Assembly (NCBI GenBank): GCA_965240325.2
Contig: OZ251224.1
Location: 3,906,001-3,970,000, forward strand
Reading direction: 5' to 3'
DNA from: Rebecca billardiae RCC1528
Lineage: Eukaryota; Protista; Haptophyta
Length of the DNA: 64,000 bases
In this document: positions 1-9,236 of the stretch, one piece after another
Numbering within the stretch: the first letter of the stretch is position 1
How the letters are laid out: every line of letters starts with the position of its first letter
Made by a program: the position numbers and the translations under genes
Notes under the pieces: model-generated
The model's input: the letters and a program-made list of their open reading frames with translations, nothing else
The model's database searches: none
What the model was told of the DNA's origin: nothing

Positions 1-8
1 TTCTCCGC

Positions 9-3000
9 ATGGCCGCGCGCAGCAGGAGCGGCGCCGCGCTGCTCCTGGTGGCCGTCGCCTTGCGTGCGGGCGTCGTCACGCCAGAGGTGCACGAGTCGCC
101 GTACGAGCACACGCTCATCATCTCTGCGCCCGACGGCCGCGACCCCAGCTCCGTCGGCCCGCTCGTCGCGGCCGCGCCGAATGGCACGGTGAGAGTGCGG
201 CGGCATGTGGACCACGTGCTCGCAGGCGGCTGCATCATCGCGTGCACCGAGGAGGGGCTCGCGTACTTCCAGGCGCTCGCGGCGCAAGCGGAGCTTTTCG
301 TCGAGGAATCGCAGCGCGTCCACGCCTACAGGCCCGTCAAGTTGCCCGCGCCGCGTCGGCGGCTGCAGGGCGCGCCGCCGTCGTGGGGCCTCGACCGCAT
401 CGACGGCAGCATCGACAGCCAGCCGTACGCGCCAGCGGTGACCGGCGTGGGCGCGCACATCTTCATCCTCGACACGGGCGTGCACGAGAGCCACAACGAG
501 TTCTCCGGCGGCCGCATCGGCCAGGGCCAGGACATGACGACCGACCCGGACGGCTCGAGCCAGGCGGACGTGGACGGTCACGGCACGCACTGCGCGGGCA
601 CGGCGGGCGGCAACACGGTGGGGGTCGCCACGGGCGCGACGCTCCACGGCGTGAAGGTGCTCGGCGACGACGGCTCCGGCTGGACCTCGGACATCGTCGC
701 CGGCATGGAGTGGGTGATGCAGCGCGCCGACCTGCGCCCGGCCGTTGTCTCGATGAGCCTGGGCGGCGGCTTCTCGTACATGAACAACCTGGCGGTGCGC
801 CGGCTGTACGACGCGGGGATCGTGACGGTCGTCGCCGCGGGGAACGACGCGTCGGACGCGTGCACCTTCTCCCCCGCCTCCGCGCCCGAGGCCATCACCG
901 TCGGCGCGACGACGACCAGCGACACGGTGGCGGGCTACTCGAACACGGGCGCGTGCGTGGACATCTGGGCGCCAGGCAGCGACATCTACAGCTCGGTCCC
1001 GTGCCGCAACCCGCCGTGCACGCAGTCGGAGTACCGGAACCACCGGTACGACACGTACTCGGGCACCTCGATGGCCTGCCCGCACGTCGCCGGCGTCGTG
1101 GCGCAGGTCTTTGAGCTCGACCCGCTCGCGACGCCGGCGCAGGTGCTGGCGCGCCTGCAGAGCGCGGCGATCAGCGGCGTGCCGGGCAACCAGGCGGCGC
1201 CGAACCGGCTGCTGCTGCAGGTGGTCGAGTCGTACGCCGCGCCGCCCTCGCCCCCTTCGCCGCCGCCCGGCGGCACCCCCGCGCACTGCCCGTACACGCT
1301 CGAGGTGAGCATCAGTCCGGACTCGTACTCGTGGGAGGAGACGTCGTGGGCGGTGTACCTGGACGGGGACGTGCTCTTCTCCGGCGGGGAGGAGGGCGGC
1401 ACGGGCTGCGTGCTCGGCGGGCGGACGCACACGTTCGTGATCTACGACGACTACGGCGACGGGCTGTGCTGCGCGTACGGCTCGGGCTCGTACACCGTCT
1501 CCGTGCTCGGCGGGCCGGTCGTCGCGTCCGGCGCCTTCGCAGATGGGTACCAGGAGTCGACCGATTTCCAGCTCGAGTTCCGGCCGCCGCCGCCGAGCCC
1601 GCCGCCGAGCCCGCCGCCGCCGCCGTACTCGCCGCCGCCGTCGCCGAGCCCGCGGCCGCCGCCGTACCCGCCGCCGCCGAGCCCACCGCCGAGCCCGCCG
1701 CCGAGCCCGCCGCCCTCGACGCCGCCGAGATCGCCGCCGCCCTCGCCGCCCAGCCCGCCGCCGAGCCCACCGCCGCCGTCCCCGCCGCCGCCCTCGCCGC
1801 CGAGCCCACCGCCGAGCCCGCCGCCGTCGCAGTCGCCAAGCCCACCGCCAAGCCCGCCGCCGCGGCCACCCAGCACACCGCCATTGCCACCGCCGAGCCC
1901 GCCGCCAAGCCCGCCGCCGCCGTCGCCGCCCCCGCCGAGCCCACCGCCCCCACCGCCGAGCCCGCCGCCGTCGCCACCGCCGAGCCCGCCGCCGTCCCCG
2001 CCACCCCCCCCGCCGCCGCCACCGCCGAGCCCGCCGCCGTCTCCACCGCCGAGCACGCCGCCGTCCCCGCCACCACGCCCGCCACCGCCACCGCCGAGCC
2101 CGCCGCCGTCGCCGCCGCCGAGCCCGCCGCCGCCACCGCCGTCCGCACCGCCAAGTCCGCCGCCGTCGCCGCCGCCAAACCCGCCGCCGCCGCCGCCGTC
2201 GCCACCGCCGAGCCCACCACCCCCATCGTCACCGCCCCAGCCGCCGTCGCCAGGGCCAAGCCCGCCGTCACCCCCACCGCCTCCATCACCGCCGCCATCG
2301 CCGCCACCGCCTACGCCACCGCCGCCTACGCCACCGCCCAGCCCGCCCCCCAACCCGCCGCCGCCGCCACCACCGAGCCCACCGCCGAGCCCACCGCCCA
2401 ACCCGCCGCCGACGCCACCGCCGAGCCCGCCGCCGAGCCCGCCACCCAGCCCGCCGCCACCGCCACCGCCGAGCCCGCCGCCGAGCCCGCCGCCCAGCCC
2501 GCCGCCGATGCCACCGCCGAGCCCGCCGCCCAGCCCGCCGCCCAGCCCGCCGCCGACGCCACCGCCGAGCCCGCCGCCCAGCCCGCCGCCCAGCCCGCCG
2601 CCGACGCCACCGCCGAGCCCGCCGCCGAGCCCGCCGCCCAGCCCGCCGCCGACGCCACCGCCGAGCCCACCGCCGAGCCCGCCACCGCCTTCGCCACCGC
2701 CGCCCGCGCCACCGCCGAGCCCACCGCCCAGCCCGCCACCCAGCCCACCGCCGAGCCCTCCACCGCCGAGCCCACCGCCGCCGAGTCCGCCGCCACCTCC
2801 ACCGCCCTCACCGCCGCCCTCACCGCCGCCCTCACGGCCTCCTCCGAGCCAGCCTCCGCCACCGCCGCCGTCTCCGCCACCATCTCCGCCCCCAAGCCCG
2901 CCACCGCCGAGTCCGCCGCCTCCACCGCCGCCTTCGCCGCCGCCAAGCCCACCGCCCAGTCCGCCCCCGCCGCCCCCGTCGCCGCCGCCATCCCCGCCGC

Positions 3001-4676
3001 CGAGCACGCCACCGAGCCCACCTCCGTCGCCACCGCCGCCGCCGCCGCCGAGCCCGCCGCCGTCCTCACCGCCCTCCCCTCCGCCGAGTCCGCCGCCGCC
3101 ACCGCCGCCGCCATCCACACCGCCCAGCCCGCCGCCGCGTGTGCCGCCGAGCCCGCCGCCCTCTCCGCCGCCACCGTCCTCGCCGCCCTCTCCGCCGCCC
3201 AGCCCCAACCCGCTGCCGCCGCCAAGCCCGCCTCCCCCCGCCCCTCCGCCCGTGCCGCCGCCGTCGCCGCCGCCGGGTGCGCCGCCGAGCCCGCCGCCTC
3301 CCCCACCGCCCTCGCCGACGCCGCCCCCGCCGCTGCCGCCGCCCTCGCCGCCGCCGCCGTCCCCTCCGCCAACCGACGACGTGGTGGACGCCTCTGTGGA
3401 GATGGCGGGCAGCGTGACGGACTGGGACGAGGGGCGCAAGGCGAGCTTCGCCAACGCCACCGCCGAGGCCCTCGGCGTGCGCGAGGAGCGGGTGCGGGTG
3501 ACGGGCGTCACAGCCGCCTCCGTCCGCGTCGCCTTCCGCGTCGTGCAGGTCCGCTCCGAGTACGGCGGGTCGAGGGGAGTCCGGGAGATGCTGGCGGACG
3601 GCTCCTCGCCCGCGGTCGCCGCGCTGCTGCAGAAGGTGGAGGCGGCGACCAGCCTGCAGCCCGTCGCGGGCTCGCTCGCGCTCACGCCCGCGCCCTCGCC
3701 GCCGCCGCCGCCGCCGCCGGCCCAAGCCGACACAGCGAGCGGTGGGGATGGCAGCGGCGGCAGCGGCAGCGGCGGCGGCGATGGCAGCTCGGGCGGCGGC
3801 GACAGTAGCGACGACGCCGCAGAGGCGACACTGGCGGGCACGGGCGACCGCTTCGGCGCCACGCTGATCGCCGCGACTGTCGGCGGCGGCGCAGGCGGCT
3901 GCCTGCTGCTCGGCGTCGGCGCGTGGCTCGCCGCCCGTGCCTGGCGCTCGCGCAAGCTGCGCGAAGACGTGCGCGAGGTGCGCCGGCGGAGCCGCGACGG
4001 CAGCGGCAGCGGGGGGCCGGGCGGCGCGGTGGGGCCGGCGGAGCGCACTCTCGGCGCCGCAATCACGCCGATCAGGCCACCGCCGGCCAACACGCCCATG
4101 CGACCGGCCCCGCCACCGGCGGCAGTGCGCGCCGCAGCCGCGGAGGCGCCCACGCCCCGCCCCGCCGATGCCGACGCTTCGACCGCCGCTGAGGCCTGGT
4201 GGGCGCCGTTGGCGTGGCTCTGGGGTGAGCAGCAGCAGCAGCCGGCGCCGGCCGGCACTGGCGCGGCGGCGCGCGAGCGCGACACTCCGCCCGCCGTCGA
4301 GCTGCCCGAGCCCGCACCGCCGGCCGAGCCTCTAGCCGAGAGCAGCTGGCTCGCCCCCTGGACGTGGACGATGTGGTCCGCCCAGCCCGCGCCCGCGCCC
4401 GCAGCCGAGTCCGATGGCGGCGCCTTCCGCTGGCTGTTTGGCGAGTGGGCGTGGGGCTCGATGGACGCGGTGGCTGTCACTGCGCCGCCGCAGAACGCCG
4501 AGCCGACGACGCCGGCGGTTGACGGTGCCGGTAGCCAGAGGCCGAGCGCGCTGGCGACGACGCCAGCGGCCGCCAGCACGGCAGCCGGCAGCCGGAGGTG
4601 GAGTGCGCCCGTGACGGCGCCAGCCGCCAGCACGGCAGCCGGCAGCCGGAGGTGGAGCATGAGTGGCGCCGTCTAG
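9..4676 (+). CDS. Subtilisin-like (S8A) serine protease, type I membrane protein with a ~600-aa Ser-Pro (extensin-like) stalk and a SEA-like juxtamembrane domain
   Basis: Intronless 1555-aa ORF. It has a signal peptide, the triad motifs ILDTG / HGTHCAGTAGG / GTSMACPHVAG and the oxyanion motif AAGN. A DDYGDGLCCAYGSGSY accessory domain follows, then SPPP repeats (~1582-3370), a SEA-like segment ending TAASVRV and a TM helix (LIAATVGGGAGGCLLLGVGAWLAA). Confidence 0.9.
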   Translation: MAARSRSGAALLLVAVALRAGVVTPEVHESPYEHTLIISAPDGRDPSSVGPLVAAAPNGTVRVRRHVDHVLAGGCIIACTEEGLAYFQALAAQAELFVEESQRVHAYRPVKLPAPRRRLQGAPPSWGLDRIDGSIDSQPYAPAVTGVGAHIFILDTGVHESHNEFSGGRIGQGQDMTTDPDGSSQADVDGHGTHCAGTAGGNTVGVATGATLHGVKVLGDDGSGWTSDIVAGMEWVMQRADLRPAVVSMSLGGGFSYMNNLAVRRLYDAGIVTVVAAGNDASDACTFSPASAPEAITVGATTTSDTVAGYSNTGACVDIWAPGSDIYSSVPCRNPPCTQSEYRNHRYDTYSGTSMACPHVAGVVAQVFELDPLATPAQVLARLQSAAISGVPGNQAAPNRLLLQVVESYAAPPSPPSPPPGGTPAHCPYTLEVSISPDSYSWEETSWAVYLDGDVLFSGGEEGGTGCVLGGRTHTFVIYDDYGDGLCCAYGSGSYTVSVLGGPVVASGAFADGYQESTDFQLEFRPPPPSPPPSPPPPPYSPPPSPSPRPPPYPPPPSPPPSPPPSPPPSTPPRSPPPSPPSPPPSPPPPSPPPPSPPSPPPSPPPSQSPSPPPSPPPRPPSTPPLPPPSPPPSPPPPSPPPPSPPPPPPSPPPSPPPSPPPSPPPPPPPPPPSPPPSPPPSTPPSPPPRPPPPPPSPPPSPPPSPPPPPPSAPPSPPPSPPPNPPPPPPSPPPSPPPPSSPPQPPSPGPSPPSPPPPPSPPPSPPPPTPPPPTPPPSPPPNPPPPPPPSPPPSPPPNPPPTPPPSPPPSPPPSPPPPPPPSPPPSPPPSPPPMPPPSPPPSPPPSPPPTPPPSPPPSPPPSPPPTPPPSPPPSPPPSPPPTPPPSPPPSPPPPSPPPPAPPPSPPPSPPPSPPPSPPPPSPPPPSPPPPPPPSPPPSPPPSRPPPSQPPPPPPSPPPSPPPSPPPPSPPPPPPPSPPPSPPPSPPPPPPSPPPSPPPSTPPSPPPSPPPPPPPSPPPSSPPSPPPSPPPPPPPPSTPPSPPPRVPPSPPPSPPPPSSPPSPPPSPNPLPPPSPPPPAPPPVPPPSPPPGAPPSPPPPPPPSPTPPPPLPPPSPPPPSPPPTDDVVDASVEMAGSVTDWDEGRKASFANATAEALGVREERVRVTGVTAASVRVAFRVVQVRSEYGGSRGVREMLADGSSPAVAALLQKVEAATSLQPVAGSLALTPAPSPPPPPPPAQADTASGGDGSGGSGSGGGDGSSGGGDSSDDAAEATLAGTGDRFGATLIAATVGGGAGGCLLLGVGAWLAARAWRSRKLREDVREVRRRSRDGSGSGGPGGAVGPAERTLGAAITPIRPPPANTPMRPAPPPAAVRAAAAEAPTPRPADADASTAAEAWWAPLAWLWGEQQQQPAPAGTGAAARERDTPPAVELPEPAPPAEPLAESSWLAPWTWTMWSAQPAPAPAAESDGGAFRWLFGEWAWGSMDAVAVTAPPQNAEPTTPAVDGAGSQRPSALATTPAAASTAAGSRRWSAPVTAPAASTAAGSRRWSMSGAV
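1582..3370 (+). repeat. Coding low-complexity repeat (CCG)n-AGC/TCG encoding SPPP/SPPPP
   Basis: Direct reading of the tandem ccgccgccgagc-type units. Confidence 0.95.
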
Positions 4677-5003
4677 AGCTATCTTCATCATGACAAATTT
4701 ATAAGTTATAATTCTTAATTAAATATATATTATTCTTCATTTCTGTCCGTCAGTGTCACGGTATACGGCTATTATTTAACTCTATGTCTATTAGCTATGA
4801 ATCGCCTATGAGTATGACAATGTCGCTATTGCTGGCAGGCTGACATCAACGCGCCAGCTGATCTCGATGATGCCATCATCATCAGCAGTGACACTGATTG
4901 ACTAGTAGTCGTAGTGTCAATCATTCAATCAATGATCCAAAACGCCGTCGTGCTGCCTGCTGCACTACGTGCCTGCTGGCTGCTGGCCGTCCGATTCACT
5001 GTC

Positions 5004-5975
5004 TCATTCGATGGCCTCGACCAGCCCTCGCGCCACGAAGGCGAGCACGGCCGAGCGACGGTCGGCGCTACTCGCCGCATCGTAGTCACGCGCGAGCGCC
5101 TCAACATCAAAGTCGTCCCACTCAACCCCGCGCTCGACCGCGTCGTCGAGCCTGCTCGCCGCCCGCTCCGCGGCCAGCTGCGCGGGATTGGCCTCGGCGT
5201 CCGGGCTGCCGCCGCGCGCGCCCTCCCGGCCTGTCTTGACCTGGTCGCGGTACTCGGAGACGAGCAGCTCGGCAGGGACGCGGGCGACGCTCCGCGCGGC
5301 GACGAGGTCGACGCCAAGCGTGTCGAGCGGCTCGAAGAGCGCTGCGAGCGCCAGGTCACGCGCCTCCTCGGCGCGTCCCGTGTGTATCGCGAGCTGCGCC
5401 TGCGCCCACAGCGCGCAGCCCCAGCCGGGGTTGAGCTCCGTGCAGCGCTCGGCGGCGATGCTGGCGGCGGTCTGGTCGCCACGCTGCAGGTGCGCCAAGG
5501 ACAGCCGCTCCCAGATGTCGACGAACGCGCCCGCGCGCATCAGCAGGTACCGATCGAGCCCAAGCTTGCCAAGCACCTCGTCGCGCGGGTTGAAGAGCGG
5601 CGGACTCGGCTCGGCCGCATCGGCTTCGGCGGCCATCTGCTCCCACTCGGGGTGCGCGCGGGCGTGGGCCTCGGCGACGAGCCGGTGCATCAACGAGCGC
5701 ACCGAGCCGAGCGGCTTCAGCGACCGCGCCCCGCCTTTGGGCGATCTGCACGTCTCCACGGCAATCCACTCGTCCGGCGCGTTTGGCGCACGCGCCGGGA
5801 TCACTCCGGTCACGCGGGCGCCGCACTCGCTGGCGTACAGCGGGACGACGAGAGGATGGAGGCCCACGCGATCGCGGGCGTCGAGGAGCGTGGCGGGGCT
5901 CGGACCGCGCTGCACCGCGCGACGCAGCGCCGACACCACGCCGATGCTCACGACGGATCGCGCAGATGACGCCAT
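5004..5975 (-). CDS. PAB-like protein (Protein in chloroplast ATPase Biogenesis family)
   Basis: Likely start MASSARS at 5975. Motifs [51 protein letters not shown] and [22 protein letters not shown] match my recollection of plant/algal PAB homologues. Confidence 0.7.
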   Translation of the reverse strand: MASSARSVVSIGVVSALRRAVQRGPSPATLLDARDRVGLHPLVVPLYASECGARVTGVIPARAPNAPDEWIAVETCRSPKGGARSLKPLGSVRSLMHRLVAEAHARAHPEWEQMAAEADAAEPSPPLFNPRDEVLGKLGLDRYLLMRAGAFVDIWERLSLAHLQRGDQTAASIAAERCTELNPGWGCALWAQAQLAIHTGRAEEARDLALAALFEPLDTLGVDLVAARSVARVPAELLVSEYRDQVKTGREGARGGSPDAEANPAQLAAERAASRLDDAVERGVEWDDFDVEALARDYDAASSADRRSAVLAFVARGLVEAIE

Positions 5976-6095
5976 CGTGCCGTAGTCCCGCCCGGACTCT
6001 TTGAGCTTCATCCGGACTTGACACGACGACCCTGTGTCCACGACGCCTGTCGTCGCTTTGCTCGTCCGCGGCGCTACACAGCACCGCTGCCCACC

Positions 6096-6917
6096 ATGGC
6101 AACGACGCAGCAGTCGAAGAAGCGCAAGTTCGTCGCGGATGGCGTGTTCTACGCTGAGCTGAACGAGATGCTCACGCGGGAGCTCGCGGAGGATGGCTAC
6201 TCGGGCGTCGAGGTGCGTGTGACGCCGATGCGTACGGAGATCATCATTCGCGCGACGCGCACGCAGAACGTGCTTGGCGAGAAGGGCCGGCGCATTCGCG
6301 AGCTGACGGGGCTGGTGCAGAAGCGCTGGCAGTTCGCTGAGGGCTCCGTCGAGCTCTACGCCGAGAAGGTGGCCAACCGTGGCCTGTGCGCCGTCGCGCA
6401 GTGCGAGTCTCTGCGCTATAAGCTCATCGGCGGCCTCGCCGTGCGCCGCGCGGCCTATGGCGTTGTCCGGTTCATCATGGAGAGCGGTACGCGCCGTGCG
6501 CGTGCCTGCCGTTGGCTGCCGCGTGGCAGACCCCCCGCCGAACGCTGCCGGCTCGAGCGCCGCCATGTGCTGCGCACTCACCCGCGCCCACCCGCGCCGC
6601 CTGTGCTCCCGCTCGGCTGCTCGGCTGTGCGCTCGCGCGCAGGCGCCAAGGGTGCGGAGGTGGTGATTGCGGGCAAGGTTCGCGGCGCGCGCGCCAAGGG
6701 CATGAAGTTCGGCGACGGCTACTTCATCCGCACTGGCCACCCGCACAAACTGTACGTCGACAACGCCATCCGCCACGTCTCGATGCGCCAGGGCATGATT
6801 GGCATCCGCGTCTCCATCATGCTTCCGCACGACCCGACTGGTAAGACGGGCCCGAAGACGCCGCTTCCGGATAAGGTCATCGTGCACGAGCCGAAGGAGG
6901 AGCCCGAGTACGTCTGA
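6096..6917 (+). CDS. RPS3: 40S ribosomal protein S3 (uS3); exons 6096-6486 and 6643-6917
   Basis: [65 protein letters not shown] is a clear uS3 sequence. Removing the GT..AG intron 6487-6642 restores MESGAKG. Confidence 0.98.
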   Translation: MATTQQSKKRKFVADGVFYAELNEMLTRELAEDGYSGVEVRVTPMRTEIIIRATRTQNVLGEKGRRIRELTGLVQKRWQFAEGSVELYAEKVANRGLCAVAQCESLRYKLIGGLAVRRAAYGVVRFIMESGTRRARACRWLPRGRPPAERCRLERRHVLRTHPRPPAPPVLPLGCSAVRSRAGAKGAEVVIAGKVRGARAKGMKFGDGYFIRTGHPHKLYVDNAIRHVSMRQGMIGIRVSIMLPHDPTGKTGPKTPLPDKVIVHEPKEEPEYV

Positions 6918-7488
6918 GCCCGCGGCGTGGCGCATCTGGGGGTGCGCCGTCCGCCCGGGGGCACCGTGCAACTGGCGCCGTGTGGCAAGTGTCTGCTGTT
7001 CAGGAGAGTCGGAGAGTCTGCGTAGTGCGTGGCTCTTCGGACTCAGTACTCAGTAGCTGCTTGGCCAGCTGACTCTGGTGCTGAGCCCGCGTGTAAGAAA
7101 CAATGGTCGGCCGGCGGGTCTGAGCCGTGGCCATGGGACCGGCGGCGCGACGTGTGCGCACCCAGAGTTGGGCAGCTCTGACGCGAGGTATGTGTGTCTT
7201 AGGCTGTTAGGCACGTTGGGCTCCGCCACTCAGTAAAGGCAGGGCTGATGACGACGCCAGCCCAATCGTCTAAAACTGTAGAACTCCCCCCTTGATTCCT
7301 TTGCTCTCACCAGAGCCAAGGGCCCTTGCCAGAGCTCTGCCAGAGCTCGTCTGCGATGCCAACGGTCATCGTCGCGATATGGACAATCTGTCAATCTCCA
7401 CAGCCACATTCTCCACAGCCGACAGCACCAGGTCGCGGGCGGCAGCGCACCGCGCGCTTCGAGGAGCAAGAAGGAGCCGCGCGCACAG

Positions 7489-8859
7489 ATGGACGAAACC
7501 AGCGCCTCGGTAAAGCTGCTTCGGCGCAGGTCGGCGCGAGGTGATGCGCGTGCCACGTACATTCTGGCTCATCGCTTCGCACGCGGAGACGGCGTCGCTC
7601 AGAGTTTGAGCGAGGCGATGCGCCTGCGGCACATCGCCGCCGAGTGTGGGCTTGCCGACGCTCAGGCCACTCTTGGCGATCTTCATTACCGGGTTATGCG
7701 TGGACCGAATCGCGATCTCGTCAAGGCAGCGCACTGGTACCGGCTGGCGGCCGAGCAGGGCCACTCAGTTGCACAGAACAACCTGGGCGTGTGCTGCGAG
7801 AAGGGCAAGGGCGTGCCGCAGGATATGGCCGAGGCGGTGCGCTGGTACCGGCTGGCGGCGGAGCAGGGCTTCGCACAGGCGCAGCTCACTATGGGCGTGT
7901 GCTGCGAGAAGGGCGAGGGCGTGCCGCAGGATATGGCCGAGGCGGTGCGCTGGTACCGGCTGGCGGCCGAGCAGGGCGACGCACAGGCGCAATTCAATAT
8001 GGGCCTGTGCTGCGAGAAGGGCCAGGGCGTGCCGCAGGATATGGCCGAGGCGGTGCGCTGGTTCCGGCTGGCGGCCGAGCAGGGCCACTCAGTTGCGCAG
8101 CACAACATGGGCGCGTGCTGCCAGAAGGGCCAGGGCGTGCCGCAGGATATGGACGAGGCGGTGCGCTGGTACCGGCTGGCAGCCGAGCAGGGCTACACAC
8201 AGGCGCAGTGCAACCTGGGCGTATGCTGCCAGAAGGGCCAGGGCGTGCCGCAGGATATGGACGAGGCGGTGCGCTGGTACCGGCTGGCAGCCGAGCAGGG
8301 CTACACACAGGCGCAGTGCAACCTGGGCGTATGCTGCGAGAAGGGCCAGGGCGTGCCACAGGATGTAGCCGAGGCGGCGCGCTGGTTTCGGCTTGCGGCC
8401 GAGCAGGGCCACTCAGTTGCACAGAACAACCTGGGTGTGTGCTGCGAGAAGGGCAAGGGCGTGCCGCAGGACATGGCCGAGGCGGCGCGCTGGTACCGGC
8501 TGGCAACAGATAGCAATATTTGGCCTGGCGCTTCCTACCAGCTTGGGCGGCTGACACTTTTGGGCGAGGGAGTCGAGCGCGATGTGGAAGAGGGCGCGCG
8601 ACTGCTGCGCAGTGCTTTTGAGCTCGACAGCTCTCTCGACCCTGCGAAAATGCTGGCCGCCGAGTTTGCGGGGGAGCGCGAGGTGGTGTCCAAGTGCTGC
8701 ATGGTGTGCGCACAGTCAGGCCGCCGAACCGTGAAGAAGTGCGACCGGTGTCGCGTGGCTGTCTTCTGCTCTCACGACCACCTGCGGCTAGCGTGGAAGG
8801 CGCACAAGCCGCACTGCATCGAATGGCATCGGACGGCTGCTGCGAGGCCTGACGGCTGA
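7489..8859 (+). CDS. Sel1-like repeat protein with C-terminal MYND zinc finger
   Basis: About ten 36-aa SLR units (AQxNLGVCCEKGxGVPQDMAEAVRWYRLAAEQG). The C-terminus CMVC...CDRCRVAVFCSHDHLRLAWKAHKPHC has the MYND pattern. Confidence 0.92.
   Translation: MDETSASVKLLRRRSARGDARATYILAHRFARGDGVAQSLSEAMRLRHIAAECGLADAQATLGDLHYRVMRGPNRDLVKAAHWYRLAAEQGHSVAQNNLGVCCEKGKGVPQDMAEAVRWYRLAAEQGFAQAQLTMGVCCEKGEGVPQDMAEAVRWYRLAAEQGDAQAQFNMGLCCEKGQGVPQDMAEAVRWFRLAAEQGHSVAQHNMGACCQKGQGVPQDMDEAVRWYRLAAEQGYTQAQCNLGVCCQKGQGVPQDMDEAVRWYRLAAEQGYTQAQCNLGVCCEKGQGVPQDVAEAARWFRLAAEQGHSVAQNNLGVCCEKGKGVPQDMAEAARWYRLATDSNIWPGASYQLGRLTLLGEGVERDVEEGARLLRSAFELDSSLDPAKMLAAEFAGEREVVSKCCMVCAQSGRRTVKKCDRCRVAVFCSHDHLRLAWKAHKPHCIEWHRTAAARPDG
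7771..8505 (+). repeat. Seven near-identical 108-bp coding tandem repeats (Sel1 units)
   Basis: A 108-nt period is visible in the DNA (gtgccgcaggatatggccgaggcggtgcgctggtaccggctggcggccgagcagggc). Confidence 0.92.
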
Positions 8860-9236
8860 TGAACGAGCAGAGCAGAGACTACTACGACTATATATATAGA
8901 TAGAGAGAGAGACGATCGACGAGCAAAGAGAGAGACGACGAGCGAAGAGAGAGACTACGATGAGCGGATGATATGATGATTGATGATGATGATGACGAGC
9001 TCAGTCCGGCAACGAAGAGAGAGATGATGACGCGATACGCGCGAAAACTCGTCCATCCGGTGCGCCACGCGGGTGCTGATGTGAGCTGCGCGCTGATCAT
9101 GATGTCAGCACCGATGCGGATTCTGATGTAACAATCACTATATGTGGTGTTAGGCGCTGCACTCACTGTGGCTTATAGTCAGACAGGCCAGACATCGACT
9201 CGCGGCCATCAGTCACAGCTGAGACTGAGCGCGGCA

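Noticed and set aside
1451-4660. 1069-aa Gly-rich minus-strand ORF and other long ORFs over the Pro repeat
   Set aside because: These are shadow frames of the stop-free CCG repeat in the subtilase gene.
5976-6971. N-terminal half of the 655-aa ORF 5004-6971, an apparent overlapping gene
   Set aside because: It is antisense read-through of RPS3. Recognisable homology starts only at Met 5975.
7771-8505. Regular DNA repeats as a CRISPR-like array (also 22324-22557)
   Set aside because: There are no unique spacers. The first is a coding Sel1 array and the second a plain tandem duplication, in a eukaryotic context with no cas genes.
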